The notes beneath the pieces are model-generated. The model searched no databases, had not been told where the DNA came from, and saw only the letters and a program-made list of their open reading frames with translations. DNA of 64,000 bases, taken from NCBI GenBank assembly GCA_030390025.1, contig CM059438.1, positions 58,778,001 through 58,842,000 of the forward strand, written 5' to 3'. Both the position numbers and the translations under genes were made by a program. Source of the stretch: Squalus acanthias (lineage: Eukaryota). This document shows, piece after piece, positions 34,544 through 48,000 of this stretch (the first letter of the stretch is position 1; each line of letters starts with the position of its first letter).

Positions 34544-35374
34544 CTGTTGAAAGACGAGAGACGGGTTTAATGTGCAGCGGCTGAGGGTTCCTGCCCACAC
34601 TGACTGATTGGCTTATCATAGGATGTGATGATAAGTAAGCACTGGACATCAAAAGGGGCCCCCTTCCCCACATAGACCACCACCTGCCCTGTCTTGTACT
34701 CCACTCGGCCCATTTACTCTCCTGAGGCAACATTCTGGATAAACAGCCCTTCACCACCCAGGAATAATGGAGAAGCACGGCATAAATATTTATCCACCCT
34801 CAGCCTGACTATTTAGGCCGGCCTTCCAGCATGGAGACCGTCGCCTAGAAACAACCATCACCGCCATGACACCTCACTGGAATTGCAAAGGGATGGAAGT
34901 TTGGTCCGCCTCATCCCAGGGACGGGGTCACTGACGTATTGGGGCCAGGTGCCCGTGGCTGTTGGCGGTGAAGCAGGAACCCCTCCACCACCCCCCCCCC
35001 CACCCACCAGAGTCTCAGAGTGGCCGCTCCAAGGGGCAGACACGAGCCAGAGTCAGGCTGAAGATCTCGGGTGCCGTGACCTTTCACCTATTGCAGGCCA
35101 CAGGGGGTCAAATTGCAGTTGGCACTGTAGGGGACCAAACTGTAGCCCAGAACAGCACTACACCTGCTCTCTGCAGACCAGGTACCACTGGGCCTAGTGG
35201 TGATGTATCTGGTGGGATTCCTGAGGTGGTCCAGAATTGCCCCCTGCTCCCTTGGGACGTTGGGTTGGGGGGGAACACCTGCTTCAACCTCCACCCGGGG
35301 CTTAACTTGTCGTCACTTGAGCAATGGGGTGGAAACCTGGAGTTTCTGTGTTCCGTCCCGTGTATCCACCTTTA

Positions 35375-35548
35375 TAGAATCTGACAGGACAGAAGGAGCC
35401 CATTGTGCCTGTGCCGGCTCTTTGAAAGAGCTATCCAATTAGTCCCACTGCTCTTCCCCCATAGCCCTGCAAATGTTTTCCTTTTAAAGTATTTATCCAA
35501 TTCCCTTTTACAAGTTACGATTGAATCTGTTTCCACCACCCTTTCATT
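35375..35548 (-). mobile_element. CR1 3' UTR fragment
   Basis: Homologous to 29012-29200 (gctctttgaaagagctatcc...). Confidence 0.8.
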
Positions 35549-36149
35549 AGCATGGGGCAGGTGGGCACAAGTGATACATCAGGCATATCTCTGGCGACTG
35601 CTTTCCTCTGTTATGTGAACTGAGTTAGTAAGAAACACATTTCTAAAAGGCTGAATCATAGAATATTTGAGATGATATTCCTCTGGTAAAAATGGGGGAT
35701 CACCGCTCAAAACCGGCCAGTCCACACCCAAAACATCAAATCCTCTCTTCCCTCGCCTGACCTGCTGAGTGTTTTTGGCAGCTTCTGTTTCTGTTCTACA
35801 CAGAGGGCTACAGTCTGGTGTGGGCATGCTGTCGAGCAAAGGGCCCAGCTCGCGGTCTGTTCTGCAGAAGCCTCTGCCGGCCTAGGACTGCTATCAGTTT
35901 AATAACGTTACCAAGGCATTCTCTGGAAGCAAATCTAATCATATACGAACGCAATGAGTTAGCACAAAGCTATACAATGCAGATGGTCTCACAGTTGAAT
36001 CCCAGTCTACGCCAGGCAGCAATTGCATTAACAGATGGAGGAGAGAATCAGACTCGCTCCCCATAATTGAATAGCTTGCAGACACACATTAACAGGAGAA
36101 TGTAAGGGACAAACACTTGGACAAAGTAATGGAGAGTTGTCAGTGCATG

Positions 36150-37645
36150 TGAAACTGTACCCCAGTAAGGAGTCAGCATCTGTGGAACTGTACCCCAGTA
36201 AGGAGTCAGTGCCTGTGGTACTGTACCCCAGTGAGAGTCAGTGACTGTGGAACTGTACCCCAGTGAGAGTCAGTGACTGTGGAACTGTACCCCAGTGAGA
36301 GTCAGTGACTGTGGAACTGTACCCCAGTGAGCGTCAGTCCCTGTGGAACTGTACCCAAGTGAGAGTCAGTCACTGTAGAACAGTACCCCAGTGAGAGTCA
36401 GTGACTGTGGAACTGTACCCCAGTGAGAGTCAGTGCCTGTTGAACAGTACCCCAGTGAGAGTAAGTGTCTGTGGAACTGTACACCAGTGAGCCTCAGTGC
36501 CTGTGGAATCGTACTCCAGTGAGAGTCAGTGCCTGTGGAACTGTACACCAGTAAGGAGTAAGGGTCTGTGCAAGTGTACCCCAGTAAGGTGTCAGCGTCT
36601 ATGGAACTCAACACCAGTAAGGAATTAGCATCTGTGGAACTGTACCCCAGTGAGCCTCAGTGCCTGTGGAACTGTACCTCAGTGAGAGTCAGTGCCTGTG
36701 GAACTGTACCCCAGTGAGAGTCAGTGCCTGTGGAACTGTACCTCAGTGAGAGTCAGTGCCTGTGGAACTGTACCCCAGTGAGAGTCAGTGCCTGTTGAAC
36801 TGCACCCCAGTGAGAGTCAGTCCCTGTAGAACAGTACCCCAGTGAGAGTCAGTGTCTGTGGAACTGTACCCCAGTGAGAGTCAGTGCCTGTGGAACTGTA
36901 CCCCAGTGAGAGTCAGTGTCTGTGGAACTGTACACCAGTGAGAGTCAGTGTCTGTGGAACTGCACCGCAGTGAGAGTCTGTGTCTGTGGAACTGCACCCC
37001 AGTTATAGTCAGTGTCTGTGGAACTGCACCCCAGTGAGAGTCAGTGCCTGTTGAACTGTACCCCAGTGAGAGTAAGTGTCTGTGGAACTGTACACCAGTG
37101 AGCCTCAGTGCCTGTGGAATCGTATTCCAGTGAGAGTCAGTGCCTGTGTAACTGTACACCAGTAAGGAGTCAGGGTCTGTGCAAGTGTACCCCAGTAAGG
37201 TGTCAGTGTCTATGGAACTCTACACCAATAAGGAATTAGCATCTGTGGAACTGTACCCCAGTGAGCCTCAGTGCCTGTGGAACTGTACCCCAGTCAGAGT
37301 CCGTGCCTGTGGAACTGTACCCCAGTGAGAGTCAGTGTCTGTGGAACTGTACCCCAGTGAGAGTCAGTGCCTGTGGAACTGCACCCCAGTGAGAGTCAGT
37401 GTCTGTGGAACTGCACCCCAGTGAGAGTCAGTGTCTGTGGAACTGTACCCCAGTGAGAGTCAGTGTCTGTGGAACTGCACCCCAGTGAGAATCAGTGTCT
37501 GTGGAACTGTACCCCAGTGAGAGTCAGTGTCTGTGGAACTGTACCCCAGTGAGAGTCAGTGTCTGTGGAACTGTACCCCAGTGAGAGTCAGTGTCTGTGG
37601 AACTGTAGCCCAGTAAGGATTCAGCGCCTGTGAACTCTACCCCAA
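36150..37645. repeat. 32-bp satellite, segment 1
   Basis: Unit ctgtggaactgtaccccagtgagagtcagtg(t/c). Confidence 0.95.
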
Positions 37646-37649
37646 TAAT

Positions 37650-39447
37650 GAGTTGGTCCCTTAGAGGATGAGACTGGGGAATTAATAATGGGGAACGGGG
37701 AAATGGCAGAGACTCTGAACAAATATGTTGCATCTGTCTTCACGGTAGAAGGCACGAACAACATCCCAATAATGGATAATCAAGGGGCCACAGGGAGTGG
37801 GGAACTAAAGACAATCACTAAAGTAAGGAAATAGTACTCGGTAAAATAATGGGACTAAAAGACGACAAGTCCCCTGGACCAGATGGCCTGCATCCCAGGG
37901 TCTTAAAAGAAGTGGCTGCAGAGATAGTGGATGCATTGGTTGCAATATACCAAAATTCCCTGGACTCTGGAGAGGTCCCAGCGGATTGGAAAACTGCTAA
38001 TGTAACACCCCTATTTAAGAAAGGAGGGAGACAGAAAGCAGGAAACTATAGACCAGTTAGCCTAACATCTGTCGTTGGGAAAATGCTGGAGTCCTTCATT
38101 AAGATGCAGTAGCAGGGCATTTAGAAAAGCATACTGCAGTCAAACAGAGTCACCATGGTTTTAGGAAAGGGAAATCATGTTTAACAAATTTGCTGGAGTT
38201 CTTTGAGGATGCAACAAGCAGGATGGACAAGGGTGAGCCAGTGGATGTGGTGTATTTGGATTTCCAGAAGGCATTCGATAAGGTACCACATAAAAGGTTA
38301 CTGCATAAGATAAGAGCTCACGGAGTTGGGGGTAATATATTAGCATGGATAGAGAATTGGCTAACTAACAGAAAGCAGAGAGTCGGGATAAATGGGTCAT
38401 TTTCTGGTTGGCAAACGGTAATTAGTTGGGTGCCACAAGGATCGGTGCTGGGGCCCCAACTATTTACAATCTACATTAATGACTTGGATGAAGGGATCGA
38501 GTGTAATGTAGCCAAGTTTGTGGATGATACAAAGATGGGTGGGAAAGCAAGTTGTGCAGAGGACTCAAAGAACCTGCAAAGGGATATAGACAGGCTAGGT
38601 GAGTGGGAAAACATTTGGCAGAGGGAGTATAATGTGGGAAAGTGCGAGGTTATCCACTTTGGCAGGAAAAATTAAAAAGCAAACTATTATTTAAATGGAG
38701 AGAGATTACAAAATGCTACAGTTCAGAGGGACCTGGGGGTCCTTGTGCATGAAACACAAAAAGTTAGCATGCAGGTACAGCAAGTAATCAAAAAGGCAAA
38801 TGGAATGTTGGCCTTTATTTCAAGGGGGTTGGAGTATAAAAGCAGAGAAGTCCTGCTACAACTGTACAAGGTATTGGTGAGACCACACCTTGAGTACTGC
38901 GTACAGTTTTGGTCTCCTTATTTAAGGAAGGATATACTTGCATTGGAGGCAGTTCAGAGACGATTCACTAGGTTAATTCCAGAGATGAGGGGTTTCACTT
39001 ATGAGGAAAGGTTGAACAGGCTGGGCCAATACTCATTGGAATTTAGAAGGATGAGAGGTGATCTTATCGAAACATATAAGATACTGAGGGGGCTCAACAA
39101 GGTAGGTGCAGAGAGGATGTTTCCCCTCATGGGGAAATCTAGAACCCGAAGGCACAGTCTCAGAATAAAGGGTCGCCCTTTTAAAACTGAGATGAGGAGG
39201 AACTTCTTCTCCCAGAGGGTCGTAAATTTGTGGAATTCTCTGCCCCAGAGAGCCGTGGAGGCTGGGTCATTAAAAACATTTAAAGTGGAGATAGACAAAT
39301 TTTTGCAAGATAAGGGAGTGAAAGGTTATGGGGAGTGGGCTGGGAAGTGGCTTTGAGCCCAAGATCAGCCATGATCTTATTGAATGGCGGAGCAGGCTCG
39401 AGGGGCCAAGTGGCCTATTCCTGCTCCTATTTCTTATGTTCTCATGT
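37650..39447 (+). mobile_element. 5'-truncated CR1 (RT region + 3' UTR) inserted in the 32-bp satellite
   Basis: ORFs 37849-38112, 38190-38675 and 38745-39356; tail cctatttcttatgttctcatgtt. Confidence 0.95.
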
Positions 39448-42400
39448 TTGTGGAACTGTACCCCAGTGGAGTCAGTGTCTGTGGAACTGTACCCCAGTGA
39501 GAGTCAGTGTCTGTGAACTGTACCCCAGTGAGAGTCAGTGTCTGTGGAACTGTACCCCAGTGAGAGTCAGTGTCTGTGGAACTGTACCCCAGTGAGAGTC
39601 AGTGTCTGTGGAACTGTACCCCAGTGAGAGTCAGTGTCTGTGGAACTGTACCCCAGTGAGAGTCAGTGTCTGTGGAACTGTACCCCAGTGAGAGTCAGTG
39701 TCTGTGAAACTGTACCCCAGTGAGAGTCAGTGTCTGTGGAACTGTACCCCAGTGAGAGTCAGTGTCTGTGGAACTGTACCCCAGTGAGAGTCAGTGTCTC
39801 TGGAACTGTACCCCAGTGAGAGTCAGTGTCTGTGGAACTGTACCACAGTGAGAGTCAGTGCCTGTGGAACTGTACCACAGTGAGAGTCAGTGTCTCTGGA
39901 ACTGTACCCCAGTGAGAGTCAGTGCCTGTGGAACTGTACCCCAGTGAGAGTCAGTGTCTGTGGAACTGTACCCCAGTGAGAGTCAGTGTCTCTGGAACTG
40001 TACCCCAGTGAGAGTCAGTGCCTGTGGAACTGTACCCCAGTGAGAGTCAGTGTCTCTGGAACTGTAGCCCAGTGAGAGTCAGTGTCTGTGGAACTGCACC
40101 CCAGTGAGAGTCAGTGTCTGTGGAACTGTACCCCAGTGAGAGTCAGTGTCTGTGGAACTGTACCACAGTGAGAGTCAGTGCCTGTGGAACTGTACCACAG
40201 TGAGAGTCAGTGTCTGTAGAACTGTGCCACAGTGAGAGTCACTGTCTGTGGAACTGTACCCCAGTGAGAGTCAGGGCCTGTGGAACTGTACCCCAGTGAG
40301 AGTCAGTGCCCGTGGAACTGTACCCCAGTGAGAGTCGTGCCTGCGGAACTGTACCCCAGTGAGAGTCAGTGCCTGTGAAACTGTACCCCAGTGAGAGTCA
40401 GCATCTGTGGAACTGTAACCCAGTAAGGAGTCAGCATCTGTGGAACTGTACCCCAGTGAGAGTCAGTGTGTGTGGAACTGTACCCCAGTGAGAGTCAGTG
40501 TCTGTGTAACTGTTCCCCAGTGAGAGTCAGTGTCTGTGGAACTGTACCCCAGTGAGAGTCAGTGTTTGTGGAACTGTACCCCAGTGAGAGTCAGTGTTTG
40601 TGGAACTCTACCCCAGTGAGAGTCAGTGTCTGTGGAACTGCACACCAGTGAGAGTCAGTGTCTGTGGAACTGTACCCCAGTGAGAGTCAGTGTCTGTGGA
40701 ACTGTACCCCAGTGAGATTCAGCGTGTGTGGAACTTTACCCCAGTGAGAGTCGTGCCTGTGGAACTGTACCCCAGTGAGAGTCAGGGCCTGTGGAACTGT
40801 ACCCCAGTGAGAGTCAGGGCCTGTGGAACAGTACCCCAGTGAGAGTCAGGGCCTGTGGAACTGTACCCCAGTGAGAGTCAGTGTCTGTGGAACTGTACCC
40901 CAGTGAGAGTCAGTGCCTGTGGAACTGCACACCAGTGAGAGTCAGTGTCTGTGGAACTGTACCCCAGTGAGAGTCAGTGCCTGTGGAACTGTACCCCAGT
41001 GAGAGTCAGTGCCTGCGGAACTGTACCCCAGTGAGAGTCAGTGCCTGCGGAACTGTACCCCAGTCAGAGTCAGCATCTGTGGAACTGTACCCCAGTAAGG
41101 AGTCAGCATCTGTGGAACTTTACCCCAGTAAGGAGTCATCATCTGTGGAACTGTACGCCGGTGAGTCACTGTGTGTGGAACTGTACCCCAGTGAGAGTCA
41201 GTGTCTGTGTAACTGTTCCCCAGTGAGAGTCATTGTCTGTGGAACTGTACCCCAGTGAGAGTCAGTGTTTGTGGAACTCTACCCTAGTGAGAGTCAGTGT
41301 CTGTGGAACTGCACACCAGTGAGAGTCAGTGTCTGTGGAACTGTACCCCAGTGAGAGTCAGGGCCTGTGGAACTGTACCCCAGTGAGAGTCAGGGCCTGT
41401 GGAGCAGTAACCCAGTGAGAGTTAGGGCCTGTGGAACTGTACCCCAGTGAGAGTCAGTGTCTGTGGAACTGTACCCCAGTGAGAGTCAGGGCCTGTGGAA
41501 CTGTACCCCAGTGAGAGTCAGTGTCTGTGGAACTGTACCCCAGTGAGAGTCAGGGCCTGTGGAACTGTACCCCAGTGAGATTCAGCGTGTGTGTAACTTT
41601 ACCCCAGTGAGAGTCGTGCCTGTGGAACTGTACCCCAGTGACAGTCAGGGCCTGTGGAACTGTACCCCAGTGAGAGTCAGGGCCTGTGGAACTGTACCCC
41701 AGTGAGAGTCAGGGCCTGTGGAACTGTACCCCAGTGAGAGTCAGGGCCTGTGGAACTGTACCCCAGTGAGAGTCATTGTCTGTGGAACTGTACCCCAGTG
41801 AGAGTCAGGGCCTGTGGAACTGTACCCCAGTGAGAGTCAGTGTCTCTGGAACTGTACCCCAGTGAGAGTCAGGGCCTGTAGAACTGTACCCCAGTGAGAT
41901 TCAGCGTGTGTGTAACTTTACCCCAGTGAAAGTCGTGCCTGTGGAACTGTACCCCAGTGACAGTCAGGGCCTGTGGAACTGTAGCCCAGTGAGAGTCAGG
42001 ACCTGTGGAACTGTACCCCAGTGAGAGTCAGGGCCTGTGGAACTGTACCCCAGTGAGAGTCAGTGCCTGCGGAACTGTACCCCAGTGAGAGTCAGTGCCT
42101 GCGGAACTGTACCCTAGAAAGGAGTCAGCATCTGTGGAACTGTACCCCAGTGAGAGTCAGCATATGTGGAACTGTACCCCAGTAAGGAGTCAGCATCTGT
42201 GCAACTGAGCCCCAGTGTGAGTCAGTACCTGTGGAACTGTACCCCGGTGAGAGTCAGTGGCTGTGGAACTGTACCCCAGTGAATGTCAGTGTCTGTGGAA
42301 CTGTACCCCAGTGAGAGTCAGTGTTTGTGGAACTGTACCCTAGTGAGAGTCAGTGTCTGTGGAACTGCACACCAGAGAGAGTCAGTGCCTGTGGAACTGT

Positions 42401-44587
42401 ACCCCAGTGAGAGTCAGTGTCTGTGCAACTGCACCCCAGTGAGTCAGTGCCTGTGGAACTGTACCCCAGTGAGAGTCAGTGCCTGTGGAACTGTACCCCA
42501 GTGAGAGTCAGTGTCTGTGCAACTGCACCCCAGTGAGTCAGTGCCTGTGGAACTGTACCCCAGTGAGAGTCAGTGTCTGCGGAACGGTACCCCAGTGAGA
42601 TTCAGCGTGTGGGGCACTTTACCCCAGTGAGAGTCAGGGACTGTGGAACTGCACCCCAGTGAGAGTCAGTGTCTGTGGAACTGTAGCCCAGTGAGAGTCA
42701 GTGTCTGTGGAACTGCACCCCAGTGAGAGTCAGTGTCTGTGGAACTGTACCCCAGTGAGAGTCAGTGTCTGTGGAACTGTACCACAGTGAGAGTCAGTGC
42801 CTGTGGAACTGTACCACAGTGAGAGTCAGTGTCTGTGGAACTGTACCACAGTGAGAGTCACTGTCTGTGGAACTGTACCCCAGTGAGAGTCAGGGCCTGT
42901 GGAACTGTACCCCAGTGAGAGTCAGTGCCCGTGGAACTGTACCCCAGTGAGAGTCGTGCCTGCGGAACTGTACCCCAGTGAGAGTCAGTGCCTGTGAAAC
43001 TGTACCCCAGTGAGAGTCAGCATCTGTGGAACTGTAACCCAGTAAGGAGTCAGCATCTGTGGAACTGTACCCCAGTGAGAGTCAGTGTGTGTGGAACTGT
43101 ACCCCAGTGAGAGTCAGTGTCTGTGTAACTGTTCCCCAGTGAGAGTCAGTGTCTGTGGAACTGTACCCCAGTGAGAGTCAGTGTTTGTGGAACTGTACCC
43201 CAGTGAGAGTCAGTGTTTGTGGAACTCTTCCCCAGTGAGAGTCAGTGTCTGTGGAACTGCACACCAGTGAGAGTCAGTGTCTGTGGAACTGTACCCCAGT
43301 GAGAGTCAGTGTCTGTGGAACTGTACCCCAGTGAGATTCAGCGTGTGTGGAACTTTACACCAGAGAGAGTCAGTGCCTGTGGAACTGTACCCCAGTGAGA
43401 GTCAGTGTCTGTGCAACTGCACCCCAGTGAGTCAGTGCCTGTGGAACTGTACCCCAGTGAGAGTCAGTGCCTGTGGAACTGTACCCCAGTGAGAGTCAGT
43501 GTCTGTGCAACTGCACCCCAGTGAGTCAGTGCCTGTGGAACTGTACCCCAGTGAGAGTCAGTGTCTGCGGAACGGTACCCCAGTGAGATTCAGCGTGTGT
43601 GGCACTTTACCCCAGTGAGAGTCAGGGACTGTGGAACTGTACCCCAGTGAGAGTCAGTGTCTGTGGAACTGTACCCCAGTGAGAGTCAGCATATGTGGAA
43701 CTGTTCCCCAGTAAGGAGTCAGCATCTGTGGAACTGTACCCCAGTAAGGATTCCGCATCTGTGGAACTGAACCCCAGTGAGAGTCAGGGCCTGTGGAACT
43801 GTACCCCAGTGAGAGTCAGGGCTTGTGGAACTGTACCCAGTGAGAGTCAGGGCCTGTGGAACTGTACCCCAGTGAGAGTCAGTGTTTGTGGAACACTACC
43901 CTAGTGAGAGTCAGTGTCTGTGGAACTGCACACCAGTGAGAGTCAGTGTCTGTGGAACTGTACCCCAGTGAGAGTCAGGGCCTGTGGAACTGTACCCCAG
44001 TGAGAGTCAGGGCCTGTGGAGCAGTAACCCAGTGAGAGTTAGGGCCTGTGGAACTGTACCCCAGTGAGAGTCAGTGTCTGTGGAACTGTACCCCAGTGAG
44101 AGTCAGGGCCTGTGGAACTGTACCCCAGTGAGAGTCAGTGTCTGTGGAACTGTACCCCAGTGAGAGTCAGGGCCTGTGGAACTGTACCCCAGTGAGATTC
44201 AGCGTGTGTGTAACTTTACCCCAGTGAGAGTCGTGCCTGTGGAACTGTACCCCAGTGACAGTCAGGGCCTGTGGAACTGTACCCCAGTGAGAGTCAGGGC
44301 CTGTGGAACTGTACCCCAGTGAGAGTCAGGGCCTGTGGAACTGTACCCCAGTGAGAGTCAGGGCCTGTGGAACTGTACCCCAGTGAGAGTCAGTGTCTGT
44401 GGAACTGTACCCCAGCGAGAGTCAGGGCCTGTGGAACTGTACCCCAGTGAGAGTCAGTGTCTCTGGAACTGTACCCCAGTGAGAGTAACGGCCTGTGGAA
44501 CTGTACCCCAGTGAGATTCAGCGTGCGTGTAACTTTACCCCAGTGAGAGTGGTGCCTGTGGAACTGTACCCCAGTGACAGTCAGGCC
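39448..44587. repeat. 32-bp satellite, segment 2 (runs into the gap)
   Basis: Same unit, about 160 copies. Confidence 0.97.
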
Positions 44588-45087
44588 NNNNNNNNNNNNN
44601 NNNNNNNNNNNNNNNNNNNNNNNNNNNNNNNNNNNNNNNNNNNNNNNNNNNNNNNNNNNNNNNNNNNNNNNNNNNNNNNNNNNNNNNNNNNNNNNNNNNN
44701 NNNNNNNNNNNNNNNNNNNNNNNNNNNNNNNNNNNNNNNNNNNNNNNNNNNNNNNNNNNNNNNNNNNNNNNNNNNNNNNNNNNNNNNNNNNNNNNNNNNN
44801 NNNNNNNNNNNNNNNNNNNNNNNNNNNNNNNNNNNNNNNNNNNNNNNNNNNNNNNNNNNNNNNNNNNNNNNNNNNNNNNNNNNNNNNNNNNNNNNNNNNN
44901 NNNNNNNNNNNNNNNNNNNNNNNNNNNNNNNNNNNNNNNNNNNNNNNNNNNNNNNNNNNNNNNNNNNNNNNNNNNNNNNNNNNNNNNNNNNNNNNNNNNN
45001 NNNNNNNNNNNNNNNNNNNNNNNNNNNNNNNNNNNNNNNNNNNNNNNNNNNNNNNNNNNNNNNNNNNNNNNNNNNNNNNNNNNNNNN
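44588..45087. other. Assembly gap (500 N)
   Basis: Run of exactly 500 N; a round number suggests a scaffolding placeholder. Confidence 0.99.
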
Positions 45088-48000
45088 AACTGTCCCGGGC
45101 CCCAGTGATGATCAAACTGTCCCGGACCCAGTGATGATCAAACTTTCCCAGGCCGGGCCCCAGTGAGTATCAAACTGTCCCGGGCCCCAGTATGATCAAA
45201 CTGTCCACAGCCCCAGTGAGTATCAAACTGTCCCGGCCCCAGGGAGGATCAAACTGTCCCGGGCCCCAGTGAGTTTCAAACAGTCCCCGGCCCCAGTGAG
45301 TATCAAACTGTCCCGGGCCCCAGTGAGTATCAAACAGTCCCCGGCCCCAGTGAGCTTCAAACTGTCCCAGGCCCCAGTGAGGATCAAACTGTCCCTGGCC
45401 CCAGTGAGCATCCAGCTGTCCCAGGGCCCAGTGAGTATCAAACTGTCCCAGGCCCCAGTGAGTATCAAACTGTCCCCGGCCCCAGTGAGTATCAAACTGT
45501 CCCAGGCCTCAGTGAGGATCAAACTGTCCCCGGCCCCAGTGAGTATCAAACTGTCCCCGGCCCCAGAGGATCAAACTGTCCCCGGCCCCAGTGAGTATCA
45601 AACTGTCCCAGGCCGGGCCCCAGTGAGTATCAAACTGTCCCGGGCCCCAGTGAGTATCAAACTGTCCCCGGCCCCAGTGAGTATCAAACTGTCCCCGGCC
45701 CCAGTGAGTCTCAAACTGTCCCGGCCCCAGTGAATATCAAACTGTCCCCGGCCTCAGTGAGTATCAAACTGTCCCCGACCCCACTGAGTATATAACTGTC
45801 CCCGGCCCCAGTGAGTATCAAACTGTCCCAGGCCCCAGTGAGTATCAAAGTGTCCCAGGCCCCAGTGAGTATCAAACTGTCCCGTGCCCCAGTGAGTATC
45901 AAACTGTCCCGTGCCCCAGTGAGTATCAAACTGTCCCCGGCCCCAGTGAGTATCAAACTGTCCCAGGCCCCAGTGAAGATCAAACTGTCCCAGGCCCCAG
46001 TGAGTATCAAACTGTCCCCGGCCCCAGTGAGTATCAAACTGTCCCAGGCCCCAGTGAGTATCAAACTGTCCCAGGCCCCAGTGAGTATCAAACTGTCCCA
46101 GGCCCCAGTGAGTATCAAACTGTCCCAGGCCCCAGTGAGTATCAAACTGTCCCGTGCCCCAGTGAGTATCAAACTGTCCCGTGCCCCAGTGAGTATCAAA
46201 CTGTCCCCGGCCCCAGTGAGTATCAAACTGTCCCAGGCCCCAGTGAGTATCAAACTGTCCTAGGCCCCAGTGAGTATCAAACTGTCCCCGGCCCCAGTGA
46301 GTATCAAACTGTCCCCGGCCCCAGTGAGTATCAAACTGTCCTAGGCCCCAGTGAGTATCAAACTGTCCCCGGCCCCAGTGAGTATCAAACTGTCCTAGGC
46401 CCCAGTGAGTATCAAACTGTCCCAGGCCCCAGTGAGTATCAAACTGTCCCCGGCCCCATTGAGTATCAAACTGTCTCGGGCCCCAGTGAAGATCAAACTG
46501 TCCCGGGCCCCAGTGAGTATCAAATGGTCCCCGGCCCCAGCAAGGATCAAACTGTCCCAGGCCCCAGCGAGGATCAAACTATCCCGGGCCCCAATGAGGA
46601 TCAAACTGTCCCCGGCCCCAGTGAGTATCAAACTGTCCCCGGCCCCAGAGCATCAAACTGTCCCCGGCCCCAGTGAGTATCAAACTGTCCCAGGCCGGGC
46701 CCCAGTGAGTATCAAACTGTCCCGGGCCCCAGTGAGTATCAAACTGTCCCCGGCCCCAGTGAGTATCAAACTGTCCCTGGCCCCAGTGAGTCTCAAACTG
46801 TCCCGGCCCCAGTGAATATCAAACTGTCCCCGGTACCAGTGAGTATCAAACTGTCCCGTGCCCCAGTGAGTATCAAACTGTCCCCGGCCCCAGTGTGTAT
46901 CAAACTGTCCCAGGCCCCAGTGAAGATCAAACTGTCCCAGGCCCCAATGAGTATCAAACTGTCCCAGGCCCCAGTGAGTATCAAACTGTCCCAAAGCCCC
47001 AGTGAGGATCAAACTGTCCCGGGCCCCAGTGAGTATCAAACTGTCCCAGGCCCCAGTGAGGATCAAACTGTCCCAGGCCCCAGTGAGGATCAAACTGTCC
47101 CAGGCCCCAGTGAGTATCAAACTGTCCCGTGCCCCAGTGCGTATCAAACTGTCCCCGGCCCCAGTGAGTATCAAACTGTCCCAGGCCCCAGTGAAGATCA
47201 AACTGTCCCAGGCCCCAGTGAAGATCAAACTGTCCCAGGCCCCAGTGAGTATCAAACTGTCCCAAAGCCCCAGTGAGTCTCAAACTGTCCCGGCCCCAGT
47301 GAGTATCAGACTGTCCCAGGCCAGAGTGAGTATCAAACTGTCCCGGGCCCCAGTGATGATCAAACTGTCCTGGACCCAGTGATGATCAAACTGTCCCAGG
47401 CCGGGCCCCAGTGAGTATCAAACTGTCCCGGGCCCCAGTGAGTATCAAACTGTCCCAGGCCCCAGTGAGTATCAAACTGTCCCAAAGCCCCAGTGAGTCT
47501 CAAACTGTCCCGGCCCCAGTGAGTATCAGACTGTCCCAGGCCAGAGTGAGTATCAAACTGTCCCGGGCCCCAGTGATGATCAAACTGTCCCGGACCCAGT
47601 GATGATCAAACTGTCCCAGGCCGGGCCCCAGTGAGTATCAAACTGTCCCGGGCCCCAGTGATGATCAAACTGTCCACAGCCCCAGTGAGTATCAAACTGT
47701 CCCCGGCCCCAGGGAGGATCAAACTGTCCCGGGCCCCAGTGAGTTTCAAACAGTCCCCGGCCCCAGTGAGTATCAAACTGTCCCGGGCCCCAGTGAGTAT
47801 CAAACAGTCCCCGGCCCCAGTGAGCTTCAAACTGTCCCAGGCCCCAGTGAGGATCAAACTGTCCCTGGCCCCAGTGAGCATCCAGCTGTCCCAGGGCCCA
47901 GTGAGTATCAAACTGTCCCAGGCCCCAGTGAGTATCAAACTGTCCCCGGCCCCAGTGAGTATCAAACTGTCCCAGGCCTCAGTGAGGATCAAACTGTCCC

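Noticed and set aside
35010..35085. Minus-strand peptide VTAPEIFSLTL resembling the CHAT 'LTAxEI' motif
   Set aside because: Bounded by in-frame stops on both sides with no credible splice sites; likely chance.
44390..45166. ORFs containing poly-X
   Set aside because: Artefacts of translating across the N gap.
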